The translations under genes were made by a program, and so were the position numbers. A stretch of DNA of 63,966 bases, filler included, from Hyphochytrium catenoides (taxonomy: Eukaryota > Protista > Hyphochytriomycota), in assembly GCA_900088475.1 (NCBI GenBank). It is 14 parts of 14 records of this genome, joined end to end, with 100 filler letters (N's around TTAATTAATTAA, not from the genome) between each part and the next. Parts side by side here need not be neighbours in the genome. Positions count along the whole stretch, not along the records: positions 2,344 to 25,866 come from FLMG01001015.1; 13 more parts are not named here. One strand, given 5' to 3'. Shown piece after piece: positions 11,095-23,057 of the stretch. The notes beneath the pieces are model-generated. The model was given only the letters and a program-made list of their open reading frames with translations. It did no database searches and had not been told where the DNA came from. Position 1 is the stretch's first letter. The number at the start of each line of letters is the position of its first letter.

Positions 11095-13159
11095 AGAGAG
11101 TGCTTTCATTGTCGATTCTGGATCTCATCTTCCCCTTCACGCTAGGAAAGCTATGGCTAAAGATTGAATCTCCAAGAGTTACCGTTTTAAGAAAGAGACG
11201 TAGCCACTTCTCATAGCTCTCTCTCTCCCTCTCTCTCTTCCTGTCTCTCCCATTCATCTCCATCACATGTGCCCTTTATCAACTGCGAAACTCTACTTTG
11301 TCGCTTTTGACTCCTTTGCGCTCCTTACACATTGCCGAGCTGGCCCTGACCACGCTTCCACCGGATCTGAAGGATCGTTCCCATGATCCCTTGCTGACTC
11401 TCTCTCTCGCTCCTCTCTGCTGTCTCTCTCTCCCTCTCCCTCTCCCTCTCTCTCTCTCTCTCTCTTTCTCTCACTCTTACTTTGTCTCTCCCTCTACCTT
11501 CCGTTGTTGACTCTGACGATCGCCATTGGATGCTTGGGCAGCGCCTGTCGCGCGGCCATCGCTCCTGCAGCGCCCTAGAAGCCAAGCCAAGCAATGCCAA
11601 CGTCGCTCTTGTCCAAGGAAAATGAAGAGAGAGAAGAAGAGGATGGAAAGAGAGGGAGGCTTCTTATGATGGAGGGAGAAGATCGACCTACGTGACAACA
11701 GACAGAAANNNNNNNNNNNNNNNNNNNNNNNNNNNNNNNNNNNNNNNNNNNNNNNNNNNNNAGAGAGAGAGAGAGCGAGCGCGAAAGAGAGAGGGAGTGA
11801 AGAAGAGAGAGAGAGAGGGCGAGATAAACGAGGGAGGGTGAAAGATGGAGAGCCGAGAGAGACAGAGACAGAGACAGTCATAGAAACAGAGAAAGAGGAG
11901 AGAGAGAGAGAGAGAGAGAGGGATAATGAGGGGAAAATTTAAAAACTGGTCTAAGAATACACCGCCCAGTAAATCTTCCATTCACAATAACTATGGGGAG
12001 TTTGCGTACCTACCTGCTCCTATTCCGCCCTGTGCTTAGGCCCTCTTCGCCTTGTCTCGTAACGGTTCTGGAGGAGGACCGCCAAGCCATAGATAATATT
12101 AAGGGCCATTCTGTAAATAATATGCCACGCTATGTAAAAGGATACAATACATTATCCTCTGGTATAGAAGGTAGTAATATATGGTCAAGGCCTGCCCTTC
12201 GCCAAAGACGCCCACCCACCCTCCAAGTGACTGTGTATTCTCGAACAGTCAGGGTGGGTGGGGATGATTCTTGTGATCTTGTATTGGACCTCAAGAAAGG
12301 AAGAAATTTCCTTCTGCAGATTTCTCCGCAGATCTTCGTCATCGTGCCTTTTGCCTTTCCCTGTCTGATGATGAAGCTTTATGAGAGCTCCGTAAGGCCA
12401 GCACGCTCAAGACAGGCATAACATTGAGGAATCCAAGAAGGGAAGCACGAAAGCGTAGCCATCTTCTTACTATACTGCATCAATCACGCCGTATTGATGC
12501 TTCTTCACTAAGGCTCCAGCTATGTGCTCTGCTATTATGCTCACGATGTGCTTCTAATAAAGCTATAGACCATCTAGCTTGCCATCTTCTGATGGATCTG
12601 ACCCCCAACGGGCGGTGATGGAAGATTTGCAAGGCTAAAGATCTGCTATAAGGAAAGGCCTCTTGGTTAGGCTTATAGAAGTACCGCTACTATCGATCAT
12701 TAATAGATTTTCCACTTAGAACACAGTCCCTTTCCTCACATCTGCCAAACGGAGAATCTGATGGACAAGTAGTAGATAGGGCGACAGCGCCATGTTGCTC
12801 CAGGCAGGCAACAAACTACAACTTGCGGCTGTAGTAATAGGAAAAGAGGCAAACAAGGCCAACCCATTCCTCCTCACGGACAAAGAACGTGATGGCTTCA
12901 CTCTTATAACAGCGGCGGCAGGAAGAGAGATAGTCATCTCCCATCATCATCGGTACTACGAAAGGCCAACTTGTTAGTAGGTTACGATTAGTCCTAGCTC
13001 GACCTACGCTTGCAGCGTTCAGTTTACATAGCTTGGCTCAGAGTACATCATACTGATTGTCAAGGCAGTTCTCTGTGCCCGTTGTCATCTAGGTCTTCTA
13101 GGAGCGCCTTGTATAAATAACTGGTGGAGCAGTAGCCCAGAAGCGCTACTCAAGCTCTA

Positions 13160-16100
13160 TTAGCTGCCAATCTCTTCAGATTCTTCAAACTTGGCAGCTG
13201 CTTCGTCCTTCCTGGAGGTGATACCCACCACATTCGCCGCTTTATTCGTTAGGTACCAGACCGCTTCCTTCATGCGCGACACCGGGCCGTGTGCTATCGC
13301 TGTCAGGACATTATTTTGCTCCCCTCGACCTGAAACTACGCGAGGACTGCGGACCTCTGTATGCTCCGAAGACGTAGGGGAAGTGCTTGACGTTAGGGAA
13401 AATTGTCTGCCTAGAGTTCGCAATGTCTCCGTGGCCTGATGAATCCAGAGAGACCAATGGGCACTTAAGGACTCTAGCCACGGTTCCACCTTAAAGAGAT
13501 ACAGCGAAGCAAGCTTGACAGCGTAGTAGGATCGCCTACATGGTTCATACCAACACGAGGCATGATAGGAGTTAGACTTAGGTTGGCGCACACAGCGAGA
13601 AACAGAGAAGAAAACGGTCATGATAGAGAAACATTTCACTAGAAAGGTGCTGAGCATAGAGCTACAAGGCTGACGGCGGTGAGAGCGAGACTGAAACAGA
13701 AAGAGATATAACCGATTGAGGCTACTATAAAGGGAGATCAGACGGACCGACAGTAGTAACATGTGTACGGAAGAAGAGCAGACCGCTGGCAGTGATTATT
13801 GCACCGTCCCTACCTATTGAGAGCGATAGCCCTCTCGAAATAGGTCGTGGCTTCTACCTCTCGCCTCTCGCTGACGCCAAGGCCCCTGGCAAAGCAGTAC
13901 GCAGCGTTGAACGAGGCTTCGGCACTGCCCTTGCTGCTGGCCATAAGGTATTCCTGAATAGCTGGACCATAATCTTCCCGCTGATAGAGCCAATCCCCTA
14001 ATATGACGTGCGAAGGATTGTAGCCCTGCTCGGCTGACATTGATACCCACCGAAGCATTGCTTTCTCCGCCTCCTCTGAGTTGTTGAAGGCCAAAGGCAC
14101 GAGGCCTTGCCGTATCATGAAAGCGGCGTTGCTCTGTGCTATCTCGTAGCCTTCCTCTGCGGCCCGCGCATAGAGGTAAAAGGCGGTATAATAGTCTCCA
14201 TCAGAGAACTTCTTGGCAGCCAGCTCGAGATCTGTACGCCAGGGACCGAACTCTGCGACATTTTTGAAGTTCGCCGTCAGCTCTTGGCAGTTATCGGCGG
14301 TCACACCATGAATGCGCGCAGTAAGAAGGGCCGTCTGGTACTGGGCTCGTAGATGGCCTGATGAAGAGATAAGAAGGGTCATTAACTGGTGCACATGGAA
14401 ATCGGCTAAAGATGAAAGTGATTGAAGGTGGACGCGGGAGCTGAAAGGACGGAAAAAGAGGGCTATGCAAAGCTCGGATAAAACCTAATAAGGAGCTGAG
14501 AGTTTCATAAATAGCAGCCCATCAACTGGAGAAAAGAGAGAAAAGCAACAGACAGAAGGTACATGAAGGACAGAACACCGAAGCCCTACCTTGACCGGCA
14601 CTAGAGCGCAGAGATTGTAATGCAGAGGTGGGGTCTGTCTGCGCGATCATCATTCCAAAGTTATAAAGGCCGTCGCTATGCTTGGCCTCTGCCGCCTTCT
14701 TAAAGAATTGAAGCGCCTTCACCTTGTTCGGGATCACTCCAAGCCCGTAATAGTACATCAGCCCCAGCTCATTCTGTTTCATACGTCGCGTAGCGCGTGG
14801 GGAGGGTATGAGGAGAATAGGTATTGAGAGAAGAGAGATGACATCAGAGACGGGGCTAGAAAGAAAGGCTAACTGCGTGTCCACAGAACGTAGAATGTCA
14901 GACCCTTCAGACAGGTCGTGCACAGTATGCCCGATAGTATGTCCAAGCCCAAGAAGCAGAAGTAGTGATGGTATCCACCGAGAGATGGGCAGGGCCAAAC
15001 AACAAAGAAATAGAAAGAGACAGAGAGAGAGAGAACGACGATCACAAGACTAGGCGGAGTAATCGAACAAACATCAAACCGCTAATAAGCTGGACTGAAG
15101 CCAAAAGCAATGTGATCTTACATCTGCATGCGCGTTCCCCAGCTTAGCTGCTCTATCAAGTAGCTTGTAGGCCTTGACATAGTCTTTCTCCACCCCTAGC
15201 CCAAACAGGTACACATCCCCAAGAGACGCCAGAGCAGAGGGGGAGTTCGATTGCGCTGAGATCTCAAGCAAGTTTCGAGCAGCTTCAAGGTCTTGCCCAC
15301 TTCCGAAGGTCCCATGCTGAGGACCAGCATCAGAGACGCACACCGTTAGGACAGCGGAAGGACCCGACCATGTAGAGTAGATAATAGACATTGTAACTAG
15401 GGCACGTGGATAGCAATCGAGACAGCTAATGTAGAGAGCGAGATGAATAAGGTGGCGAAAGCCATAGAGAGGACACGAAGAGGCTATGAGAAGAGATAGG
15501 GGAACTGGAGGATGGTGAAGAAGAGACTGGGCAGGACCCACGTCAGGGATAAGTAGAATGTTAGGCAAAGGAGGCCAGAAGCGAACCGAACGCTAAAAGG
15601 AGCAAGCAGACCAGTTCGAGAAGAGGAGACAGAAGCACATTCATTCAGTAGCAGCACTGTGGATGCAGAGCGATGAGACAGATGCTATCTAACAAACATC
15701 GCGGAGCCATCTCACCATGAAGACTCTTGCTACCGACTCCGCCAAGAAAGAGTTCTGATTCTTCTCTGCCACCTCTTTGAAGAATAACGCCTTCTGGTCC
15801 TCCTCGCTGTACGGAGTCACACCAAAGCCGTCCAGCTCTTGTGAGAGACGTGGAAAGGAGCGAAGGTATTTTCTGAACCCAGTAGGAGAGAGGTTGGACA
15901 TAGCTACGGCAGCCGCACGCTGATAGTAGGACTGGGCAATCTCGCAGGACTTCTTCCTCCCTCTCCCGTATAAGTGGCGGTATCCCAGGGTCATCATCGC
16001 TTTTGGGCTCCCTCCAAAGTCGGCAAACTTCCCTAAGGTCGCCGCCGCAGCCCGCCTGCCTGCCTCACTGCTCAGCGCGATCTTTCCATAGGCAAGCTCC

Positions 16101-16836
16101 ACCTGATCCAGACGGAAGAGAAAATGCAGGTCACTGGAGAGGACGGTGCCGAGATTGTGTTGCGCGGAGCTGTTGCCTAGTGACGCAGCGGTACGCCAAA
16201 AGTTGGCGGCGAGTGGGAAATTCCGGTGGTTGAGCTTCTGAATGCGCTCTAGCAGTTTCTCCTTGTCCTGTGGCAGCCTACCAGCCTCATTGTCACCGTA
16301 GGAGGAGAAGTGCATGGCGTAGAGATCCCCAAGAAGAGCAAAGGCTGAGCCCTTTCGTCCCTCCGTGCCGGCCCCTGCTGAAGCTGCAGTGGGATCTCTG
16401 AGGAGATAATCTACCAGCTTATCCCTCGCCACCTGCAGCTCTATCTGGCTCGCTTGGTACCACCTGACCACGAAAGTCCGCAGAACAGTCAACTATCCGA
16501 GTCTACGAAGGTTAGATAGTTCTGCAAGGACCGCAAGAACCAAGAAAGTACGCTTGAGAAGCACGAGCAGGCGCCTCCAGGAAGGAAACCAGAAGGGACA
16601 GCGAGGAGAAGCTAGTACCGGGAAGTGTGAGAAGATATGTACCTTATAGGATGTGGATCTAGCGATAACTCTTCCTCAATAGAATATGACTGTGACACCG
16701 TGATCGCAGTGCCAGGAATGTGTCCTGACGCCGCTCCGCTCGTGGGGACCGCCAACGCATTTGTCGTTGCTGTGGCCACTAGCACGGCAAGAAGCACCCG
16801 TCCAAGGAAGGACTGTAGCGTCCAGTGCCTTACCAT
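13160..16836 (-). CDS. Sel1-repeat protein, SEL1L/HRD3-like (ERAD adaptor), 6 exons, N-terminal signal peptide
   Basis: Signal-like N-terminus (MVRHWTLQSFLGRVLLAVLVATATTNALA). Sel1 repeats include AMMTLGYRHLYGRG..KSCE.A..YY, ALASLGDVYLFGLGVEKDY and NELGLMYYYGLGV. HRD3-typical segments FKNVAEFGPW and YARAAEEGYEIAQSNAAFM are present. All introns are GT-AG and in phase. Confidence 0.85.
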
Positions 16837-17569
16837 CTTTCAACCTTATGCGGCGCAAAGAGCTTTAGGAAAGCCGCTCTCCGCGATATGCTCAAGAGTA
16901 GCAATGTCCAACCCACTCGCAAACCTTAGGCACAAACCTTTCAAGAGCAATGATGAAGCGCCAAGAATAGCTGCTGCTTCGGACACGGTCACCTCCCTCT
17001 GATGTCTTCTAACGTGAATGCTCTTACAGATATCAAAACCTCTCTCTTTTGAGCTTCGGCCTTATGCACCTAGGAAATAGTGATCTCTGATCTCAAGAAA
17101 GCTGCCGCTCCATCTGCAGAAAGCTCCGGAACTGAGGAGGCAGACAAGAGAAAGAAGAACCAACGTGGCATCAGCTTCTTCGACCCCTATTATTCCTAAT
17201 CATGCCATTCATAGAGAGGCTTCTAACTCCGCTATTTTGCGGTCCATGACACACTCTCTCCCTGCCAATAACGCTGTTTGTGGATCCCAGTAAAGCGGAT
17301 TACGGTTTATCTGAGGTCTCTACATTCTGAATAACATTAAGTGTTATCGTTAATGATATGAGGTCTTTGTCCTTTCGCGAAGGCTTGTTGTTTTGCTGTT
17401 CTTCTGTTCTGATCCGTCATCTCATCATCGCTTCGCAGGTAGAGATTGGCCTGGGATGAAGCTCTTGAGCTCCTCATCTGAAGCTTGAACGGAGACAAAC
17501 AGGTCTGTTAAGCTGTCGGAAGTCCAAACCTCAAGGGCTGTACGGGGCTACGTGTCAGGAGGACTTTTA

Positions 17570-20506
17570 TTAGAGCAGTTCAAAGGCTAGTGGCGACGCA
17601 GGAATGGCTGTCTTGACGTCTGCCTCTCCTTTGCCGGTTTGCTGCTTTGAAGCGTTAGCACTGCGCAAGTCCTTTAACCGCTTCTCCCACACTGCAGCGA
17701 TGGCTTGAGCATGATTAGAGGGCGTGTATTGTGTGGGGACCGCGGAGCTTCCGCCTGACTCTGCTCCGGTCTGAGACGCTTTGATCTGGTCCTTGAGGAT
17801 ACCATTGAGATCCAAGAACTCGACCTCTGGCTCTCCTGGGTACATCTCCGCCCAACTCTTGCCTGCCTCCGCGGCCTGTGCATCACCGTGGTTAAAAACG
17901 AGACGTAGACAAAAAAAGAGAACTCTTGACAATGCTACCGCTCTTTTCTTCCGCTCTGCCTCCTTCTTCCTCTCCTCGCGATCTCTGGACGCTTCCTGCC
18001 GTTTTCGCTCTGCCTCTCGTCGCCTTTCTTCTATGTAATGCATTGAGATCATATCACGCTGATGGAAGCGGTCCTCCGGCAGCTCTCCTTCCTCCTGTAT
18101 GATAGAAAGAGTTAGGGTCTAGCATGTTCCGTAGCTCTTTCCCATTCTTTCTGACCTCAACTGCACCCTTCGACGTGAGTTGAGGGAGCGCAGGTTGCGT
18201 GGATACCGAATCTGTGCCTGCAGGAGACAGATTTGACTCTTGTTCTCTTTCTAATGCTGCTGCTAATAGCCACGGGGCTGACCCTTCGTCTGTATCATAT
18301 TGCAATACATGCCCATGTCATAAACTCTCTTTCAAAAAGTTGCAGGCGTGAGAGGCAGAGCTCACCTGGCCCTTCGTCAGACCATGTTCTATTGACTGGA
18401 AGGGTCACTGTCAGCTCTCCAGTCGATCTATCGAGAGCTGCTAGCGTCTCCTCTCTTAACACAGGGTATGGCAGGAAGAGCTCTGCCGAGATACGAGGCA
18501 ACTCGATCAATTTCCACAGGAAAGCCCCAAAAGCAGAGCCACGACGGGGAACAGGCAGAGCGAGAGGGCAGAGAGAGAGACAGACAAGATTGGAGGGTAC
18601 CTAATGGGTAGTAGTAAGGCTCCGCTTTGATGGTGAGCAACTCAGCTGCCACGGTAACCTTCACTGCTTCAAATCTCTTCAAGGCCTATCACGGTCGCCA
18701 CGCACTTTAGAAACCTTTCTTCAGCAGGACAAGAGAGGGCCATATGAAGAGAGACGGCATCTGAGGAAGAACGTGGCAGACAAATTTGAAATAGATAATC
18801 GAAATGCAGAGGAGAAATTGACGACGAGAAGCTTGTGACATCCTCGTTTAACCTTCCCTGACCTCTGTGAGCGCTGCGGTGACGATTAGCTCCACTGGAG
18901 CCTCCTGTTCTAGCTCCAGGCGGGTGAGCGGCGGACCTCCCTCGACCGTAGGGATGCGAGTACATTCCTCCACCGTTCCTCCTGTCGACTGCTGTATGCG
19001 ATAGTGTATCTGTTTTCTGGCGACGGGGGGCTTGACCTTCCTCTCTGCAATAAGCGGCTGAGGTGAAGCCTTGGACGACTTTGCTAGTGGTTTCCTCTCT
19101 GCAGGATCCACTTCCTCTATCACTGGCGCTTGTTGCTTTCTGATGCGTTGTTTGCGAGGAGCTGCACCCTTGTACCGCAGCTTCGGCAGTTTAAACCGTC
19201 GGTCTAACTGCATTTTATACTGCATTTGCAGAGAAACAATGAGGAAAGAGACGATACAGTGGCTTATGCGGTACTGTTCCTTTTAACTAGTGATGGAGCT
19301 TCTATTCTATTCTCTTCTCCTTCTCTCTGAGCCATCGTTCGTTTTCCATGGCGCCTAGCTGTCGGAGAGATAGGCGCTCTCGTCATACCTTTTGCTCCAC
19401 GTACTGAAGAGAGACCTCACAGATAAAGTTTCTAAACGTTCCTGACTTGTCCTCTTTGGCATCTGAAATGACCTGGCAAGAGTTAGAAGTTTGTCAGAGC
19501 GGCATGAACAGTCCTTGCGCCTCCGTCTTTCTTCCTCTTTCTCTCGGCTGAGCCGCCTTCTCAATGTGTGCCTTATCCTGCTCCTCCTTTCACTCTAGTC
19601 ATGAGAGTTCTCCACTTTGATCTTCCCCTCACTCCTGCACTTAGCTCTTTGTACAGCCATTTGAATAGTACTTACCGCGGGATTGACGACAACATCAAAG
19701 GCTAGGCACTTCTCACCATTCTTATCCGTCTCTTCATGAGGTTCTCCTAGGCTTAGCGGGATGTTGATGCCCTAAAGAGTAGCAATGGTAAGCTCCGCGG
19801 AAGGGACGAGACAGTAAAAAGAAGCCCCAATCGCCCATTGTTTGCCCTGCTTACCTCTTGCTCCGTGTTCTGATCATCGATCTGGACCTTCTTTGACAGT
19901 CCTTTCACGTGCTCCGATTGGCAAACATTGATAAAGATCTTCTTCCCATCCGCACCTTTTGTCTTCACCACGAAGGCGGGGTCTGGGATGATTTCAATCT
20001 GAAGCCATAGGTTGAGCCCCTTGTCAGGAGTGCAGTGTGGAAGAAGCAAACAAGCACGGCTCACGTACTCCTTCATAATCTTGTTTGATACCCTCCGGGG
20101 TCATGATGTTGCCTCCGGGGAGCTTCGGGCTGAAGTCTGCCTCTTCTGGCGCAGAGCAGGCCTCAAGAAGTGAGCACCTGTCCCGTCGAGCTTCGGCAGG
20201 GAATAACACTTACCACTTCCAGAGGCCATAAGGATTTGCTGCAGTTTATCTGTCAGGTCGTCCGCACCTTCGGCGGGTGATGCATGATCCTTCGCCTTGG
20301 CACCAGCAGAGGCGGCAAGCTCCTGCATGAGCTCCTTGTACTTCTCTGGTTCATTCTTTTCCAGGTTGTCCAGCCACTGCGCGGAGATTATAGGAGCGGG
20401 ACGATCCCAATTAACAAGTGATCGGTACTAGGTTTCATGCGTCGGAGGAAGAGCTTACATCTGCATATTGCTCTAGTATCTCGTCTCCTGGAAGCGAGGA
20501 GTCCAT
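17570..20506 (-). CDS. PIH1-domain protein (PIH1D1/PIH1D2/kintoun family) with C-terminal CS-like domain
   Basis: Spliced translation MDSSLPGDEILEQYAD|WLDNLEKNEPEKYKELM...IIPDPAFVVKTK...KKIFINVCQS...INIPLSLGEPHEETDKNGEKCLAFDVVVNP...YVEQK|YKMQLD is a PIH1 N-domain. LFLPYPV...LD...GELTVTLPV resembles the CS domain. Confidence 0.85.
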
Positions 20507-21242
20507 TCTGGTAAGGTGGACTTGTGCCACTGCCTAGATAAACCTAAAGATCATATCCTCCGAAGCCAACAAGCACCAGATTCGAAGAGCAGAAGTAGAT
20601 TGTGCTCGCTGTGGAAGCTCAAAAAGACAGCGTCTAGCACAGAAGGAAGAGGAGCCAAGGAAGGCCTCTGCGCCGACCCAGAGAGAGAGAGAGCAGCCAG
20701 ACACAGGAGAGAGATCCTGTCGCACAGCTGAGAAGAACGAGGCGATGAGGCTCTTGGTCTGCAAAAGAGAGGCAGTGCTTGCGACCGGGACGGACAGCCG
20801 TCAGCAGGTCAGCAGGGCGCTGGGCCGATGAAGGAACAAACGAAAGGTTTCTTTTGACAATCTTCTCCTCACAGAGGGCCTTCAAGCTTTACCCATATAC
20901 TTTCCATTGAATGAGTTAAAGGCCCTCGTGGTTCTCATTTGGCGCTTTAAGTTTAGCGTACACTGGGCTCTGTTTATCATTAAAGCCTCTTTATAGTGTG
21001 GTTGGTGAGCGCCTCTATGGCGTTTCTCCGTGTCTGGGGAGGGCAATTCTGAAGCTTTGTCAGAGCTTCTGAAGCTCTTTGTCAAGAGTTCCCTGGCTCT
21101 TTCTCTCTGAAGCTTTGTCAGACGGCCTTCAAGGGAGGCTTGTAATGATAAATACGGGGTGACGTTGAGAGGTGTCCACCAGCTCTTCGTCTCGGTAGTT
21201 GAAGGGAAGGAGTCCGGTAAGGGCTGAGGTGTCTTGGTGGTT

Positions 21243-23005
21243 ATGGGACCCAAAAGAGCAATGGTAGACCAAGGACGCGCTGGAGAGAAGATGAAGCTCA
21301 GGGTGGAAGAGGATTCAGAGTCAGAGGTTCCGAACGACGCCACCAGCAGCAGCGGTAGTCAAAGCGAGACAGAGCAAGATGATGCCAGTGACGTGTTTGA
21401 CGAGGAAGCGGATATGGAGGAGAGGCTTCCACCAGAAGCTCCCCAGCCAGACAAGAGCCACAAGCTTAGCTTCCACAACCTCACTCCAGCGCTCAACCCA
21501 AAGGTTCTTGAAGCAGTGGATGCGCTCGGCTTCACCCATATGACTCCTGTCCAGGCGGCTACTCTTCCCCTTTTTCTCACCCATAAGGACGTCTTAGTGG
21601 AGGTGAGTCCTCAGTCGCGCCTGATAGTTCACAGGTCAGGTTCTCAGGCCTGTGCGCTCCTAGGCAACCACAGGCTCGGGGAAGACTTTGGCCTTTGTGT
21701 TGCCCATAGTGGAAACGCTGTTACGCCGAGAGAGACGGCTCAAGAGCCATGAAGTGGGCGCTCTAGTTATCTCTCCCACCAGGTGCGCGTCAGCTAGACA
21801 GCAACAGTTACGATTAGAAGAGACTGACGTGTCTGATACCTAGGGAGCTAGCAAGACAGATTTACTCTGTCTGTCAGTTCGTATGCCGATATGTGGAGAA
21901 CCTCAAGCCGTTATTGCTCATCGGAGGCACTGACGTCGCGAGTGATATCCTTTCAACAGCCCGTCGACTAACTCCTTGACATCTTAGGTGGTCTCTAGAC
22001 CTTCTCCCTTCTTAGATTTCTTCTTGCCCTGTGCCTTCTTCTCTCGTTGCGACTCTACGGGGACGCAGACATTTTCCCTTCGTCTATTTCATTTTGCTAT
22101 TGGTGTTCTGTCTCCTTGACTCTCTGCCGCACACGTGCAGCTGCTTCTGGCGGATGAAGCCCAGGGGAAGTTTGTCATAGGGACTCCTGGCAGAGTTGAT
22201 GACATCATGCAGCGAGCAGAGGGGAAAGGTAAACGGCTTGTGGCGACCATCTATCATGGTTCACCAACCTGATGCCGCCCCGTCTGCCTCTCCTGCTCAT
22301 ATTTTCATGCCAATCTCTCTCTCTCTCCTGCACTCACACTCCTTGCTCTTCCACCTATCTCTGGCTCCCTGCATGCACCATCATTTCTAAAGGTCCCGGT
22401 GCTTCTTGTTCACTCTTTTCTTTTTGTTTTTTTTTCTCGTTCACTGCTGGTCTAACCACACTTCTCTGACTACCGCTGCCAGTGAGCTTTAAGGAGCTGG
22501 AGATGCTGGTGCTAGATGAGGCAGATGTTATTCTAGACATGGACTTTAAAGAGACGGTGAATCAGATTCTTAACCGGCTTCCGAAGCAGAGAAGAACAGG
22601 TAGGTGAAGACAGGAGAGAAAGAAAGTGGGGAAGGATGAGCAAGAACGAGAGGAGAGAAGCACCCGATGAGGAGAGGTTGGCAAAAGCATGACACTTAGA
22701 TCTCTTCTTCTCCTGCTGTTAGGGCTGTTCTCAGCTACGCAGACGAAGGAAGTCAAAGCCTTAGCTCGCGCTGGACTGCGAAATCCCGTGGTCGTGACAG
22801 TGAAGGTCCAGCATCAGACAGAGACAGAGCAAGCAATCCCGACAACGCTGGTTAGTTAAGCTGCTTCGACAAAAGAGAGGACAAGAGATAAGAGCCAAGA
22901 AAGACAAAGAAGACACGAAGCAACCAAAGCACGAAAAAGTTCTAGTAGAGCCATAGAAAAAGGGAAGAAAAGGAATCTCTAGCAGAGCAACGACAAAAGG
23001 AAAAG

Positions 23006-23057
<52 letters not shown>

